Below, one piece after another: positions 1 through 9,158 of a DNA stretch of 60,599 nt. The first letter of the stretch is position 1, and every line of letters starts with the position of its first letter. Position numbers and translations under genes: made by a program. The stretch is from a virus (taxonomy: Duplodnaviria > Caudoviricetes). Below the pieces are notes generated by a model, which ran no database searches, was not told where the DNA came from, and worked only from the letters and a program-made list of their open reading frames with translations. Location of the stretch: positions 1-60,599 of the IMG/VR virus record IMGVR_UViG_3300048856_000135, one strand, 5' to 3'.

Positions 1-897
1 TTAGCACCTTATTTTTTCGTCAAGAATATCACAGAAGTCAAATTCGTGTATGATCATGATCGGATGACCTTTCTTGCGTAAATTAACTGCTTCCTCAACT
101 TTTCGCCCGTAACAGGCGAATGCCCAAGCTTGATTTCCGCTGTCTCCTACCACTAAATAATCTGTTTTAGAACTGACAGAGTTCACAGGTATCCCGTTCA
201 ATTGCGATATCTCAGAATGGATAACAGAACGGCCACAACGCTTTAATGCACCCGTGATACAAAAACTTTTGGAGTCGAAATCTACAATAGGATCGTTCGT
301 ACAGAGCCCTGAAATAGGCAAATGGTTTACTTCACTATTAATGTTATCTGCTATAGCCTGATTCTTCAAGTCAATAAATTGGCTTAAGAAACATTTTAGC
401 ATTATGCGTTCAGTGTTATCGATAATGCCATCTTGTAGCACTTTTTCCAGAACCATCCTAATCTCATCATAAGGATAGTACCTCTTCAGATGTTCATTTT
501 GCTCTAGCCATTGATTCAATGCTAAAATCTCTGCATCATTGATAACTCCATCCGCTAAAATCCCATGACATATACCCTGAAGTACCTGCAAGTCTGAAGT
601 TAAAGCATTGTAGTAGTGAGCATCTGACTCATACTTTTGAGCTAACCAATATAGATCCTCTACAGCCTCCAAAGGAGGTATTCGTCCAGATGTAGCCTCT
701 GCAATAATTGTGATGAATTCGTTGAATGGATTTTTGTTGATTAAGTGTTTGTGTTCCAGAGCCCATTTATTGAGCTCTAGATTTTCCAATTCATTCACTT
801 CTCCATCCAAAATGATTCCATGAAGAATGCCTTTAAGTGTCTGAATTGCTTTGTCTGATCTTGATTTGGCAGTTAAAATAGATAGTTGGAAGTCCAT
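1..897 (-). CDS. BRCT-domain protein with duplicated TerB-like helical N-terminal repeats
   Basis: Internal repeat LKGILHGIILDGEVN / LQGICHGILADGVIN; C-terminal FCITG...SKTDYLVVG...GRKVEEA BRCT signature. Confidence 0.75.
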   Translation of the reverse strand: MDFQLSILTAKSRSDKAIQTLKGILHGIILDGEVNELENLELNKWALEHKHLINKNPFNEFITIIAEATSGRIPPLEAVEDLYWLAQKYESDAHYYNALTSDLQVLQGICHGILADGVINDAEILALNQWLEQNEHLKRYYPYDEIRMVLEKVLQDGIIDNTERIMLKCFLSQFIDLKNQAIADNINSEVNHLPISGLCTNDPIVDFDSKSFCITGALKRCGRSVIHSEISQLNGIPVNSVSSKTDYLVVGDSGNQAWAFACYGRKVEEAVNLRKKGHPIMIIHEFDFCDILDEKIRC

Positions 898-982
898 TAT
901 GTTGTATTTGAGTTCGTCAATTCGTGTAAACCGGGGAGTATCACACTCCCCGGGCTTACTATTTATAAAGGTTGGGCTCTAC

Positions 983-1348
983 TTACTGCAGGATCAAGCC
1001 GTGCTTCTCGGCAACCTGCCCGACTTCCTTCAAGAAATCAGACACATGATCAAGCTTAGTCCTGGACACAGAAACATTCAATGCTAAGCTAATCGCAGCC
1101 GCTTCAGCAGAATACTTTTCAGCGGGTTCGCGCAAAACACCATCTTCTAAGCCCTGCTCGTACAACTCAAAAAAATTGTAATTCAGAACGTTTGAAATTG
1201 TCTTCAACATTTCTGCACTGATGTCTCGGCGCTTGAAAATTGAATAAACATTTCGTTCACCAGTATTGATCTTGTCAGCAAAAACATTAAGCTTAAGTCC
1301 TGAATCCTGAAACTTTCTTTCAATTTCCTGTCCTATGTGCACATCCAT
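983..1348 (-). CDS. XRE/HTH prophage repressor (CI-like, no S24 peptidase domain)
   Basis: MDVHIGQEI...NVYSIFKRRDI...ISNVLNYNFFELY HTH pattern; divergent from cro-like gene; start reassigned to ATG 1348. Confidence 0.8.
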   Translation of the reverse strand: MDVHIGQEIERKFQDSGLKLNVFADKINTGERNVYSIFKRRDISAEMLKTISNVLNYNFFELYEQGLEDGVLREPAEKYSAEAAAISLALNVSVSRTKLDHVSDFLKEVGQVAEKHGLILQ

Positions 1349-1519
1349 TGCACAAAAATTGAAAATATTATTCATCTGAATATCAAACAATTGTGTAATA
1401 TAAATTCCTGTTTTGCGATTTTGTATTGCATATTTGAATTAATAGTTCTTCATTTGTGTATGATTTGTGCGGACAAAGAACGGACAATACAAACAATCAC
1501 ACAATCACATAAAAATGTT
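1349..1519. promoter_or_regulatory. Divergent lysis/lysogeny switch region
   Basis: AT-rich gap between divergent HTH genes; TTTG elements on both strands; short ACAAT(C/A)CA-like repeats. Confidence 0.65.
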
Positions 1520-1753
1520 ATGCTAAAAATCAGCCCAACAGAACTTAAAACCTTAAGAGATCAGCTGCCTGAAGGAGGTTATAAAATAGTAGCATCAAAG
1601 CTTCCTAGAGTATCTGCAGAGACTGTACGGAAGGTATTGACCGATCCAAAGCGATACAACAGCGCAGTAATTGACGCTACAATTGAGGCAATCAGAGAAC
1701 AACGCGAAAAGCTTGAGGCACAACTTACAGCGATCAAGGAACTGGCGTCATGA
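1520..1753 (+). CDS. Cro-like small DNA-binding protein
   Basis: First gene of the early operon, HTH-like, ATGA overlap with next gene; start reassigned to 1520. Confidence 0.6.
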   Translation: MLKISPTELKTLRDQLPEGGYKIVASKLPRVSAETVRKVLTDPKRYNSAVIDATIEAIREQREKLEAQLTAIKELAS

Positions 1754-2322
1754 ACTTTGTAGACCGCAAGCAAACGCTTCCTCCCGGCTTGATGGATAAC
1801 TCGGTTGAGTTCTTCATTTACAAACACGAAATCTGGTGCCTTTACAAAGGGAATAAATATGCCTTTGAGGATTTCCCAGCCGAGATCATTGACATCGTAG
1901 ATGCAGATATGGCTGCAAATCCTAAAGCCATGAAAGCATTACATGATTGGGATATTACAGATCCAGACGAAAGAATGCGCCAGTACATCGCTTGCCGTTT
2001 TGGAGGGTTCGACAATACCCCAGATATATGTGACAACGGGATTATGCAGCCAGCGGAATATGTTGATTGTGGTCGTCGCGGAATCTGCGACTATGAAGGA
2101 AAGCTTTGCAGTTCTATCGTACTCCCTAATGGCACATTAACCAAGAAAGAAATAGAAGTGCTTCGCCAGATCGGCTTAGGATTATTGGATAAGGAGATCT
2201 GCGAGGTACTCAAAATTTCCCAGGACACCCTTAGAAATCATAAAGACAGCCTCTGCAACAAGGCTGATACCCAACGAAAGGCGGGGCTTTCAATACTCGC
2301 ATACAAATACAAACTGATTTAA
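1750..2322 (+). CDS. Transcriptional regulator with C-terminal LuxR-type HTH and a Cys cluster
   Basis: LTKKEIEVLRQIGLGLLDKEICEVLKISQDTLRNH; CGRRGICDYEGKLC. Confidence 0.8.
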   Translation: MNFVDRKQTLPPGLMDNSVEFFIYKHEIWCLYKGNKYAFEDFPAEIIDIVDADMAANPKAMKALHDWDITDPDERMRQYIACRFGGFDNTPDICDNGIMQPAEYVDCGRRGICDYEGKLCSSIVLPNGTLTKKEIEVLRQIGLGLLDKEICEVLKISQDTLRNHKDSLCNKADTQRKAGLSILAYKYKLI

Positions 2323-2407
2323 AGAGAGGCATTCCCCCCTTTCGGGATTCGTATGCCCATACATGAGAAAAAGTGTGAATTAACAGTGTAAATAATTATA
2401 AACCAAA

Positions 2408-2608
2408 ATGGAAAATCTTCAAGCAACAACTAACAACAACACCACGGCTATGGCCTCTGGCGCAGTACAACTAGCAGAAATGTTCAAAAGGGGCTACTCA
2501 ATAGGCAAAATGGCAAAGGAGTTTTTAAGCGATGAAAGCGCCAAGGCCCGCATGCACCGAATCCTTCAAAAAGCAATTCGAGAATACCCCTGCCTGTTCA
2601 AAAACTAA
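2408..2608 (+). CDS. Small protein homologous to the C-terminal domain of the replication protein (4280-5668)
   Basis: 24/45 ungapped identities by hand alignment; A-rich start context. Confidence 0.8.
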   Translation: MENLQATTNNNTTAMASGAVQLAEMFKRGYSIGKMAKEFLSDESAKARMHRILQKAIREYPCLFKN

Positions 2609-2682
2609 TCGACTTGTGACGATAACGCAAACGGGTGCTTTCTCCCGACTCAACTGAAGCGAGTTCTTTCTAATCACCAATT

Positions 2683-2712
2683 ACCCCTGCGGGGTTTCCG
2701 CAGGGGTTTATT
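2683..2712 (+). terminator. Hairpin, probable intrinsic terminator
   Basis: ACCCCTGCGG-ggttt-CCGCAGGGGT followed by TTATT. Confidence 0.55.
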
Positions 2713-2786
2713 AACCCAAGGTCAGACAATGGCTTGCACCCCATTCTTCTGTCAGAAAAAGGATTAAAAATCAACAATACAAATAT

Positions 2787-3212
2787 ATGATTATCGCAGA
2801 ACTAGTATCCCAAAATGAGAATGTCCTATTGATGAGATTCTCCAACCCGAACCAAGACTTCGGTAGAAACGAATTTTTCCCGGTAGCCAATCCGGAGGAA
2901 GCCAAACGAAAGATGTACTTCCAGAACCGCAAATATGTGGTAACAACCTTAGCCGCCTGGCTAAAACAACGCAGGCACACCCTGAACTACAGAACTGCAC
3001 ACCCAGTGGATCAGAGTACCCTCACCAGAATAGAAAATACGATATCCTGGATGTACGACATTGAAAAGCGAAGCTTCACGCATATCTGTAACACGATCAG
3101 GAATAAGAGAATGGATTTGGAAAGCATTGCACCGAGCGAGAAAAGCCGGTTCTACAGCTACTACATAAAGACGATTATACCAATACTCGACTTCTGTTCG
3201 AAGTACGAGTAG
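2787..3212 (+). CDS. Hypothetical phage protein
   Basis: 141-aa ORF in early operon with A-rich upstream. Confidence 0.65.
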   Translation: MIIAELVSQNENVLLMRFSNPNQDFGRNEFFPVANPEEAKRKMYFQNRKYVVTTLAAWLKQRRHTLNYRTAHPVDQSTLTRIENTISWMYDIEKRSFTHICNTIRNKRMDLESIAPSEKSRFYSYYIKTIIPILDFCSKYE

Positions 3213-3351
3213 AAAGAACCTCAACGGACGCAGTTTATTGAAAGGTTGGCTATTCCGGTGCCGTTGCCGGGATCTTAAAAGGTTTCTTCATCCCTTAATT
3301 GAAGTTCACCACCGGTCAGCCTGCACGCTGACCGGTTTAAAACTTACTCTA

Positions 3352-3543
3352 ATGAAAGTTAATCGACTCAACCCCCACCCTGCAGACCTCACCGCTAAGG
3401 TTGCATTTGGTACCAGGCTCATTGTTCTGCTGGCTGCCGCGATCGCTCTTCAACTGATTATCGCAAAAGTTGGAGAAACGGTACACGACTGCCATTTAAA
3501 GCAACAAAAACAACGCCAAGGCCAAATCAGCAAGCAGGATTAA
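3352..3543 (+). CDS. Small membrane protein
   Basis: Hydrophobic stretch LIVLLAAAIALQLIIA; start reassigned to ATG 3352. Confidence 0.5.
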   Translation: MKVNRLNPHPADLTAKVAFGTRLIVLLAAAIALQLIIAKVGETVHDCHLKQQKQRQGQISKQD

Positions 3544-3560
3544 CAAATAATTAACCAGCC

Positions 3561-4277
3561 ATGTCTGACCGTTTAAACCTTGAGAAATCAATTCTAGGAG
3601 CCATTATTCACTGTAATGGATACCCGCAAGTACTACACATCCTGTCTGCCAGCAACTTCAGCTCGCATCCAACAGCTGAAAACAGGGGTTTATACAGCGT
3701 AATTGCAGGGTTATACCCCGACCGCCCGATTGACTTCATTACCGTCTATTACGAGATTAAGTCAAAATATCCCCATGATGTGGCGCTAATGTCTACACTA
3801 CACAATGTGGGGCACGAAGTAAGCTCATCAGTCAACATCGTGAACTGGGCATTCATCCTGTTGCAAATAGATATCACCGGCAAGTTCCACAGGCAGCTGG
3901 CTGAGTGGCATGCAGAGCGTAAAGCAAACCATGATCACGTAGAAACCGGTGCCCTGCTTGAGATCATCGAAAACGTAACTGCAGGCGTCGACATCTTCTA
4001 CATCATCGACCAAGCCATCCTCTACTTCCAGGAGGAGAACATGCAAACGGAGCTCAAAGCCTGCATCGAGTTTTACCTGGCATTATCAAAAAAAGTAAGC
4101 AACATCAAGAAAATGAAATCAATAGATACCGCCCTCAGCTACGTGTTCCGTATCACTGACGCTACACCCGATATCGTGCAGATCAGCCAGACCCTTGCCA
4201 CCGCCATCGCTACCATGATCATCAGTAAAGAGATCAAGCCAGAATACATACAAGCCGCTAACCTCATCAATAAATAA
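3561..4277 (+). CDS. Protein with DnaB-helicase N-terminal-like domain
   Basis: LEKSILGAII...LSASNF...LYSVIAGLY...PIDFITV; no C-terminal ATPase. Confidence 0.65.
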   Translation: MSDRLNLEKSILGAIIHCNGYPQVLHILSASNFSSHPTAENRGLYSVIAGLYPDRPIDFITVYYEIKSKYPHDVALMSTLHNVGHEVSSSVNIVNWAFILLQIDITGKFHRQLAEWHAERKANHDHVETGALLEIIENVTAGVDIFYIIDQAILYFQEENMQTELKACIEFYLALSKKVSNIKKMKSIDTALSYVFRITDATPDIVQISQTLATAIATMIISKEIKPEYIQAANLINK

Positions 4278-4279
4278 CC

Positions 4280-5668
4280 ATGGGATTTAATGATTTTTTA
4301 AGAAACAAAAGTTCAGAGGTAAGCACAGCCAGTACTTCTGATATGATTGAGGAAATCCGCAAAAGAGAAGGTCCAAGAAATATTTTCCCCTTAGACATAT
4401 TCCATCCACGTATCAAACCTTACATACAGGAAATGCACACCAAGCTCGACATTCCCCGTGCCTACATCGGCTTGTCAATGTTGATGTCTTATAGCACAGC
4501 AATCGGTACCGCATACGCGGTTTCACGTAATGGATCCGACCGGGTGAATCTTTCCCTGTGGGGTTGCATGAACGGAATTTCCTCATCAGGTAAAACCTTC
4601 GCACTGGACACATGCATGAAACCACTCAATGACATCCAGGATGAGTTTGATCAGGAATGGGCAGAAGCTGTTAACGGACGGACCGACGAACAGAGGCAAC
4701 GACTACAGATTAAAGCTTTGATTTACCGTGACGCCTACATTCCAACGCTAATCAGAAGCATCATGCCCTTTAACCCAAAAGGTGTGATAAAGGAAAGTGA
4801 CGAAATCCTGGAGTGGATTAATGGTCTTAATGCCCTGGGTAAAAAGGAAAGTACCGATGAACAATTCTGGCTAAGCTCATGGAACGGTCGTAAGTACTCA
4901 GCAGTTCGTTCCGCCAACCAGGTTACCGTTATTCCTCGCGTTTTCACGAATGTTATTGGAGGTATTCAACCGGACTTGCTTTACAAGCTATTCAAGAATG
5001 ATCGTGGTACCAGCGGTTTCATTTTCCGCCTACTGTTTGCTCAACCCGAAGAATTCAGAATCGCACGACCGGTTCACGGCTACGACATTCCGATTGAATA
5101 CAAAGAGATCCATAAGCAACACATCACGAAGCTATACAAGGGCCTCCCCGTTACAGATCCTAATGCAGAGCAGAAAGTTTGTCCACTGACAAAGGAAGCA
5201 ACAATGGTGATTGCACGCTGGGAAGACGATAAATCCGAAATGATCAACCTTATCCCCGACCTGAGAGAAAGAAACGTCCACTCCGGTATCATGGGTAAAA
5301 TGAAAGAATACTCCTACCGTTTCGCTGGAATTCTTGCAGTTACAGATTACGCCTATGACCTGGCTAACACAGACGATTATTTCAGGAAATCTATTCCGGT
5401 GACAGAAGACATCATGAAAAGGGCCGTGAAAGCAGCTGACTACTTCTACAAATCAGCCGTTGCCATTTATGAAGCAGTAGACAACTCAGTAACCGCTCCA
5501 ATGGAAGTTCTGGAAATGGCCACCCACTTTAAGATGGGGACTTCAATAGCGAGAATGGCAGAAGTAATCCTGAAAGACAAGAAAGCGAAAGGGCAAATGC
5601 ACCGGAAGCTGCAGAAAGCAATTAAAGAGTATCCGAAGGTATTCGGAGCAATAATTCACAACCAATAA
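4280..5668 (+). CDS. DUF3987/YfjI-like replication protein (P-loop helicase-like) with C-terminal HTH-like domain
   Basis: FPLDIF, GISSSGKT, SDEILEWI, LSSWNG, IGGIQP, GFIFRLLF motifs. Confidence 0.8.
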   Translation: MGFNDFLRNKSSEVSTASTSDMIEEIRKREGPRNIFPLDIFHPRIKPYIQEMHTKLDIPRAYIGLSMLMSYSTAIGTAYAVSRNGSDRVNLSLWGCMNGISSSGKTFALDTCMKPLNDIQDEFDQEWAEAVNGRTDEQRQRLQIKALIYRDAYIPTLIRSIMPFNPKGVIKESDEILEWINGLNALGKKESTDEQFWLSSWNGRKYSAVRSANQVTVIPRVFTNVIGGIQPDLLYKLFKNDRGTSGFIFRLLFAQPEEFRIARPVHGYDIPIEYKEIHKQHITKLYKGLPVTDPNAEQKVCPLTKEATMVIARWEDDKSEMINLIPDLRERNVHSGIMGKMKEYSYRFAGILAVTDYAYDLANTDDYFRKSIPVTEDIMKRAVKAADYFYKSAVAIYEAVDNSVTAPMEVLEMATHFKMGTSIARMAEVILKDKKAKGQMHRKLQKAIKEYPKVFGAIIHNQ

Positions 5669-5679
5669 TTCAATACAGC

Positions 5680-5916
5680 ATGAGACAATTCTTATTAATG
5701 ACCAAGCGCGGTCCAAAACCCCCATCCTACGTGCACTCAAGCATTGAATCTGCACTTGCTGAAGCAACCCGGTTAAGCCTAACATATACTGAAGAGGTGC
5801 TCATTTTGGAGATCGTAGGTACTGTAAAGCAAGTAGAGGTACCTGTTACCCGATTGGAGACTAAAGTCACTCTAAAAGAAGGTATTTACAACGATAACGA
5901 TGATCTCCCTTTTTAA
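5680..5916 (+). CDS. Small phage protein ending in an SSB-like DDLPF tail
   Basis: PSYVHSSIESALAEATRL; C-terminus NDNDDLPF. Confidence 0.7.
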   Translation: MRQFLLMTKRGPKPPSYVHSSIESALAEATRLSLTYTEEVLILEIVGTVKQVEVPVTRLETKVTLKEGIYNDNDDLPF

Positions 5917-5948
5917 TCTTTTACCTCCTAAAAACGCTAATCCAAATG

Positions 5949-6234
5949 TGGAACGCTAAAAACAAGCTCAAAAACAGGATAATTACTTGTATATCAGTTA
6001 CATACACCGTTCCAAAATCGTTCCAAATCGTTCCAAATGTTGCGCACAGAGCATTTAAAGGCGGTTTTTGCGTTCCACCATTTGGAACGACAGCGTTCCA
6101 AATGGTGGAACGACAACCGCATTGATAATCAATAGGTTATCTGTCAAATGGAACGATTGTGGAACGGCGAAAACCCTTGTAAAGTGCTGATTTACTGTCC
6201 TTTGGAAGTTCAAGTATCAAAAAAAATCGTTCCA
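5949..6234. repeat. Iteron array, probable origin of prophage A
   Basis: 11 copies of CGTTCCA/TGGAACG in both orientations, including a perfect 19-bp inverted repeat (6071-6089 / 6094-6112); just downstream of replication genes. Confidence 0.75.
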
Positions 6235-6295
6235 CTCTGCAATTAGAGGCTGACCAATAACAAAGTAACACGCTCACAAACAAATCGGAAAGGAC

Positions 6296-6679
6296 ATGAA
6301 TCCAGCATTATACTCAAAATGGAGGTACCAGCATAATGGTCAATCATGCAGCATGAAGGTCGTAGGAATTTGGGGAAAGGGTTCGGGTGATCTGTACAGT
6401 ATATCGGCTTACGAACTGATGCAGGACAGCAAATTGGAAGTGGATCTGGTATCTGCGAGCAAGATGGCTGCGATGATCAAAGATGGAAGGCTGACGTACA
6501 TCGCTCCTGGTCCAGAGGTACCGGACAGTGACATTAACCGGCTGCTCGCCGGGCTTGAACCGGCTTTGGTTCGCTCCGAGCCGAACAATAGGCGATCAAT
6601 AGGCGGTCAAGAGGCGAAGAAGAAGCGGTCAGCATCCGAGGCTGTATCGACTCGAAACATAACAAGAATGGAATTTTAA
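6296..6679 (+). CDS. Hypothetical phage protein
   Basis: 127-aa ORF in operon orientation. Confidence 0.55.
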   Translation: MNPALYSKWRYQHNGQSCSMKVVGIWGKGSGDLYSISAYELMQDSKLEVDLVSASKMAAMIKDGRLTYIAPGPEVPDSDINRLLAGLEPALVRSEPNNRRSIGGQEAKKKRSASEAVSTRNITRMEF

Positions 6680-6699
6680 ACAATAGAAAAACTATAGAA

Positions 6700-7074
6700 A
6701 TGGAAAATCAGACGAAAACAAAAGCAAAAGACCTGATCATCATCGGGGCACAAGGATCAGGAAAAACAACGCTGGCTAACAAGCTTGCCTCAAAGCATCA
6801 CCGTTCACGGGTTATAGGGATTGATTTTGGTCGCCACAGCACCGAAACATGGAAACAGATAAAAGCTCAGCTGTCCATTCACCGCCAAGGCGTTGAGTTG
6901 ATAATTGTTGAAGGTGTTCGCTGTTGGCAAAATATCGAAGATTTAATCTTCCAGTTAGACACGCACTTCGAGGGTGATATGTCCCTGAGGCCCCGTCTGA
7001 TCTTCACTTCTTTAAGTAATCTGAACAACGCTCGGCTACTGCTCTCAGATAAATATGAAATAATCAGGCTGTAA
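6700..7074 (+). CDS. Small P-loop NTPase
   Basis: Walker A GAQGSGKTT, Walker B-like LIIVEG. Confidence 0.75.
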   Translation: MENQTKTKAKDLIIIGAQGSGKTTLANKLASKHHRSRVIGIDFGRHSTETWKQIKAQLSIHRQGVELIIVEGVRCWQNIEDLIFQLDTHFEGDMSLRPRLIFTSLSNLNNARLLLSDKYEIIRL

Positions 7075-7080
7075 TGTGTC

Positions 7081-7329
7081 ATGAGAACCTGGCTTATCTC
7101 CTACGACGGAAAGACCTGCCAACCGATCCTGATCACCGCACATGAGCAACAGGATACGCCAACGCTGAAGCTTAGCTATAACGACATCCCCTTCAGTGTA
7201 GAATTTCAAAATCGGTCAGACTACTTCGCTTCCAGGCACGGCAGCATTGCAGAAGTGATCATCGTGTCGGCAGGAAGAAAAAAGCTGATAAAAGGCACAG
7301 CAGCAAACGAACTAACCCCTAACAATTAA
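7081..7329 (+). CDS. Hypothetical protein
   Basis: ORF tightly packed in operon. Confidence 0.55.
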   Translation: MRTWLISYDGKTCQPILITAHEQQDTPTLKLSYNDIPFSVEFQNRSDYFASRHGSIAEVIIVSAGRKKLIKGTAANELTPNN

Positions 7330-7349
7330 TAATTATTAAAACTTAAAAC

Positions 7350-8396
7350 ATGATTTCATTTTTCGAAGCATCCCTACAATCGCTATCCGTCCACAGAGTT
7401 GGAAACAAAATTCATGACGAATCTAACCTCCTATCTAAAGAACCGGTGAAATTATCCGACGATGTTAAGCTCTGGCTTATGGAGTGTCTACTTGCTCCTT
7501 TCCAAAAAGTAAATGAGCAATATTCTTTTTACCATTCTTCAGGTGATCTATATCTTAACGAGGCATGGCGCGGCGTTAATGAGTCCTTTCATGGCAATCC
7601 TTATACGCATACTGGAAGCATGCGCCTTGCTGATCATCTGTATGAAGTTTCCAATCATCCGAAGATTAGATCTGGCGAGTTATGCGTGGCATACTTTAAG
7701 AATGTTCAGATTGAGGGCGAGCTGCTGGATGCTATAGGAATCTTTAAGTCGGAGAACAAGCATTCCTATCTACACATTAATAATGCTGACGGTGCATTTC
7801 ATCTATCTGTATCAGAAGGCGGAATAAACCTTCAGGGTTTCGATAAAGGTTGCTTGATCTTCAACACGAATGCCGATGCCGGCTTTAAGATCGTTTGCCT
7901 GCAGGAGAAAGATAAATTAGCTTCATACTGGCGGGATGAGTTTCTTGGACTGAAGGTGATCAACAACAGCTATCACCAGACCAACTCCATGATTGGTATC
8001 GTTAAATCGTTCATCACCGACAAATTGGACGATGAATTTGAGATCTCTACTGCTGACAAAGTGGATCTGCTGAATAAATCGGTGAAGTACCTGAAGGATA
8101 AAGAATCCTTTGATCTGGAAGAGTTCAGCCAGGAAGTGCTATCCAGTGAAAGTGCGATCCAAAGCTTTAAAAATTACAAAGCCAACTATGAAGATGAGTT
8201 CGACCAGGCGATCCCGGAAAGCTTTGATCTTTCTAGCGCTGCCGTTAAAAAATCGCTTTCATCACTGAAACGGACCATCAAGCTCGACCGGAACTTCCAG
8301 CTGCAGGTACACGGAGATCGTAACCTGATTGAGAAAGGATTCGACAGCGACAAGGCGCTTAACTACTACAAAGTTTATTTCAAAGAGGAAGCATAA
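7350..8396 (+). CDS. Nucleoid-associated protein, NdpA/YejK family
   Basis: LSVHRVGNK, HPKIRSGEL, GIFKSENK, DKGCLIFN, YWRDEFL, IKLDRNF motifs of the Bacteroidota family. Confidence 0.85.
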   Translation: MISFFEASLQSLSVHRVGNKIHDESNLLSKEPVKLSDDVKLWLMECLLAPFQKVNEQYSFYHSSGDLYLNEAWRGVNESFHGNPYTHTGSMRLADHLYEVSNHPKIRSGELCVAYFKNVQIEGELLDAIGIFKSENKHSYLHINNADGAFHLSVSEGGINLQGFDKGCLIFNTNADAGFKIVCLQEKDKLASYWRDEFLGLKVINNSYHQTNSMIGIVKSFITDKLDDEFEISTADKVDLLNKSVKYLKDKESFDLEEFSQEVLSSESAIQSFKNYKANYEDEFDQAIPESFDLSSAAVKKSLSSLKRTIKLDRNFQLQVHGDRNLIEKGFDSDKALNYYKVYFKEEA

Positions 8397-8449
8397 TCAT
8401 CAGCTGCAGCTGTCTTGCATGCAGTTGCAGCTATTCAAGTCAACAGAAT

Positions 8450-8791
8450 ATGAAAAAGATCGTATACATCGCACATCCAATTGGCGGAGACGTTCAAGGA
8501 AACGTCAAAAAACTTCAGGCCATCTACAGGCAGATTTCGCTGCAGGAGCCGCTTGTTACTCCCTTCATCCCTTACATCGCAACAGTTCAAAGCTTAGATG
8601 ATTCAGTACCTGCCGAGCGGAACATTGGCTTTGCCCACAACTTCGAGTTTTTCAAAAAAAACGTGATCGATGAACTGTGGTTATATGGACCGCACATCAG
8701 CGTAGGTATGCAGGTAGAGATACAGTGGGCAATGGAACTGGGCATCCCCGTGATTTCAAAAACAGCAGGAACCAGCCTACAAAAACACTAG
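8450..8791 (+). CDS. DUF4406-like / nucleoside deoxyribosyltransferase-fold protein
   Basis: VYIAHPIGG...DELWLYG..ISVGM..EI.WA.ELGIPV. Confidence 0.7.
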   Translation: MKKIVYIAHPIGGDVQGNVKKLQAIYRQISLQEPLVTPFIPYIATVQSLDDSVPAERNIGFAHNFEFFKKNVIDELWLYGPHISVGMQVEIQWAMELGIPVISKTAGTSLQKH

Positions 8792-8793
8792 CA

Positions 8794-9099
8794 ATGACAA
8801 AGAAAAACGCTGAACAATTTAACCGGATGAGAGATGCGCTACTAAGCATAGCAAACGACTCCCCCTCCTGTTTTAAGTTGAGATCTCAGGCAAAAGGTGC
8901 CGGTGAATACAAGAAGTCTTTAGAGAGGAAGTATTCTGAGATTGTAGATCGGGCAAAGTTGGCTGTCCTGTATGTGCAGGCCATCCCAAAGAAGGAACCC
9001 GGAAAACCCGGTCCAAAGCCTAAGAAGATCATCAAAACAAAGCGGGGGCAAACGTCTCTCACAACACCCCCACTTGTCACCAGGCCTACATGCCTATGA
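8794..9099 (+). CDS. Hypothetical basic protein
   Basis: ATG 2 nt after previous stop. Confidence 0.5.
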   Translation: MTKKNAEQFNRMRDALLSIANDSPSCFKLRSQAKGAGEYKKSLERKYSEIVDRAKLAVLYVQAIPKKEPGKPGPKPKKIIKTKRGQTSLTTPPLVTRPTCL

Positions 9100-9158
9100 A
9101 CCCGGATACTAACAGTATGCACCAGGATAAAAGTAAAAGCAAATAAATTTTAAAATAA

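Noticed and set aside
6197-6232. Additional TGTCCTTT late promoter (also at ~26026)
   Set aside because: No TTTG at the 24-nt spacing; one lies in the origin, the other inside a CDS
5949-6234. CRISPR array
   Set aside because: Repeats are 7-19 nt, in both orientations, without regular unique spacers; no cas genes
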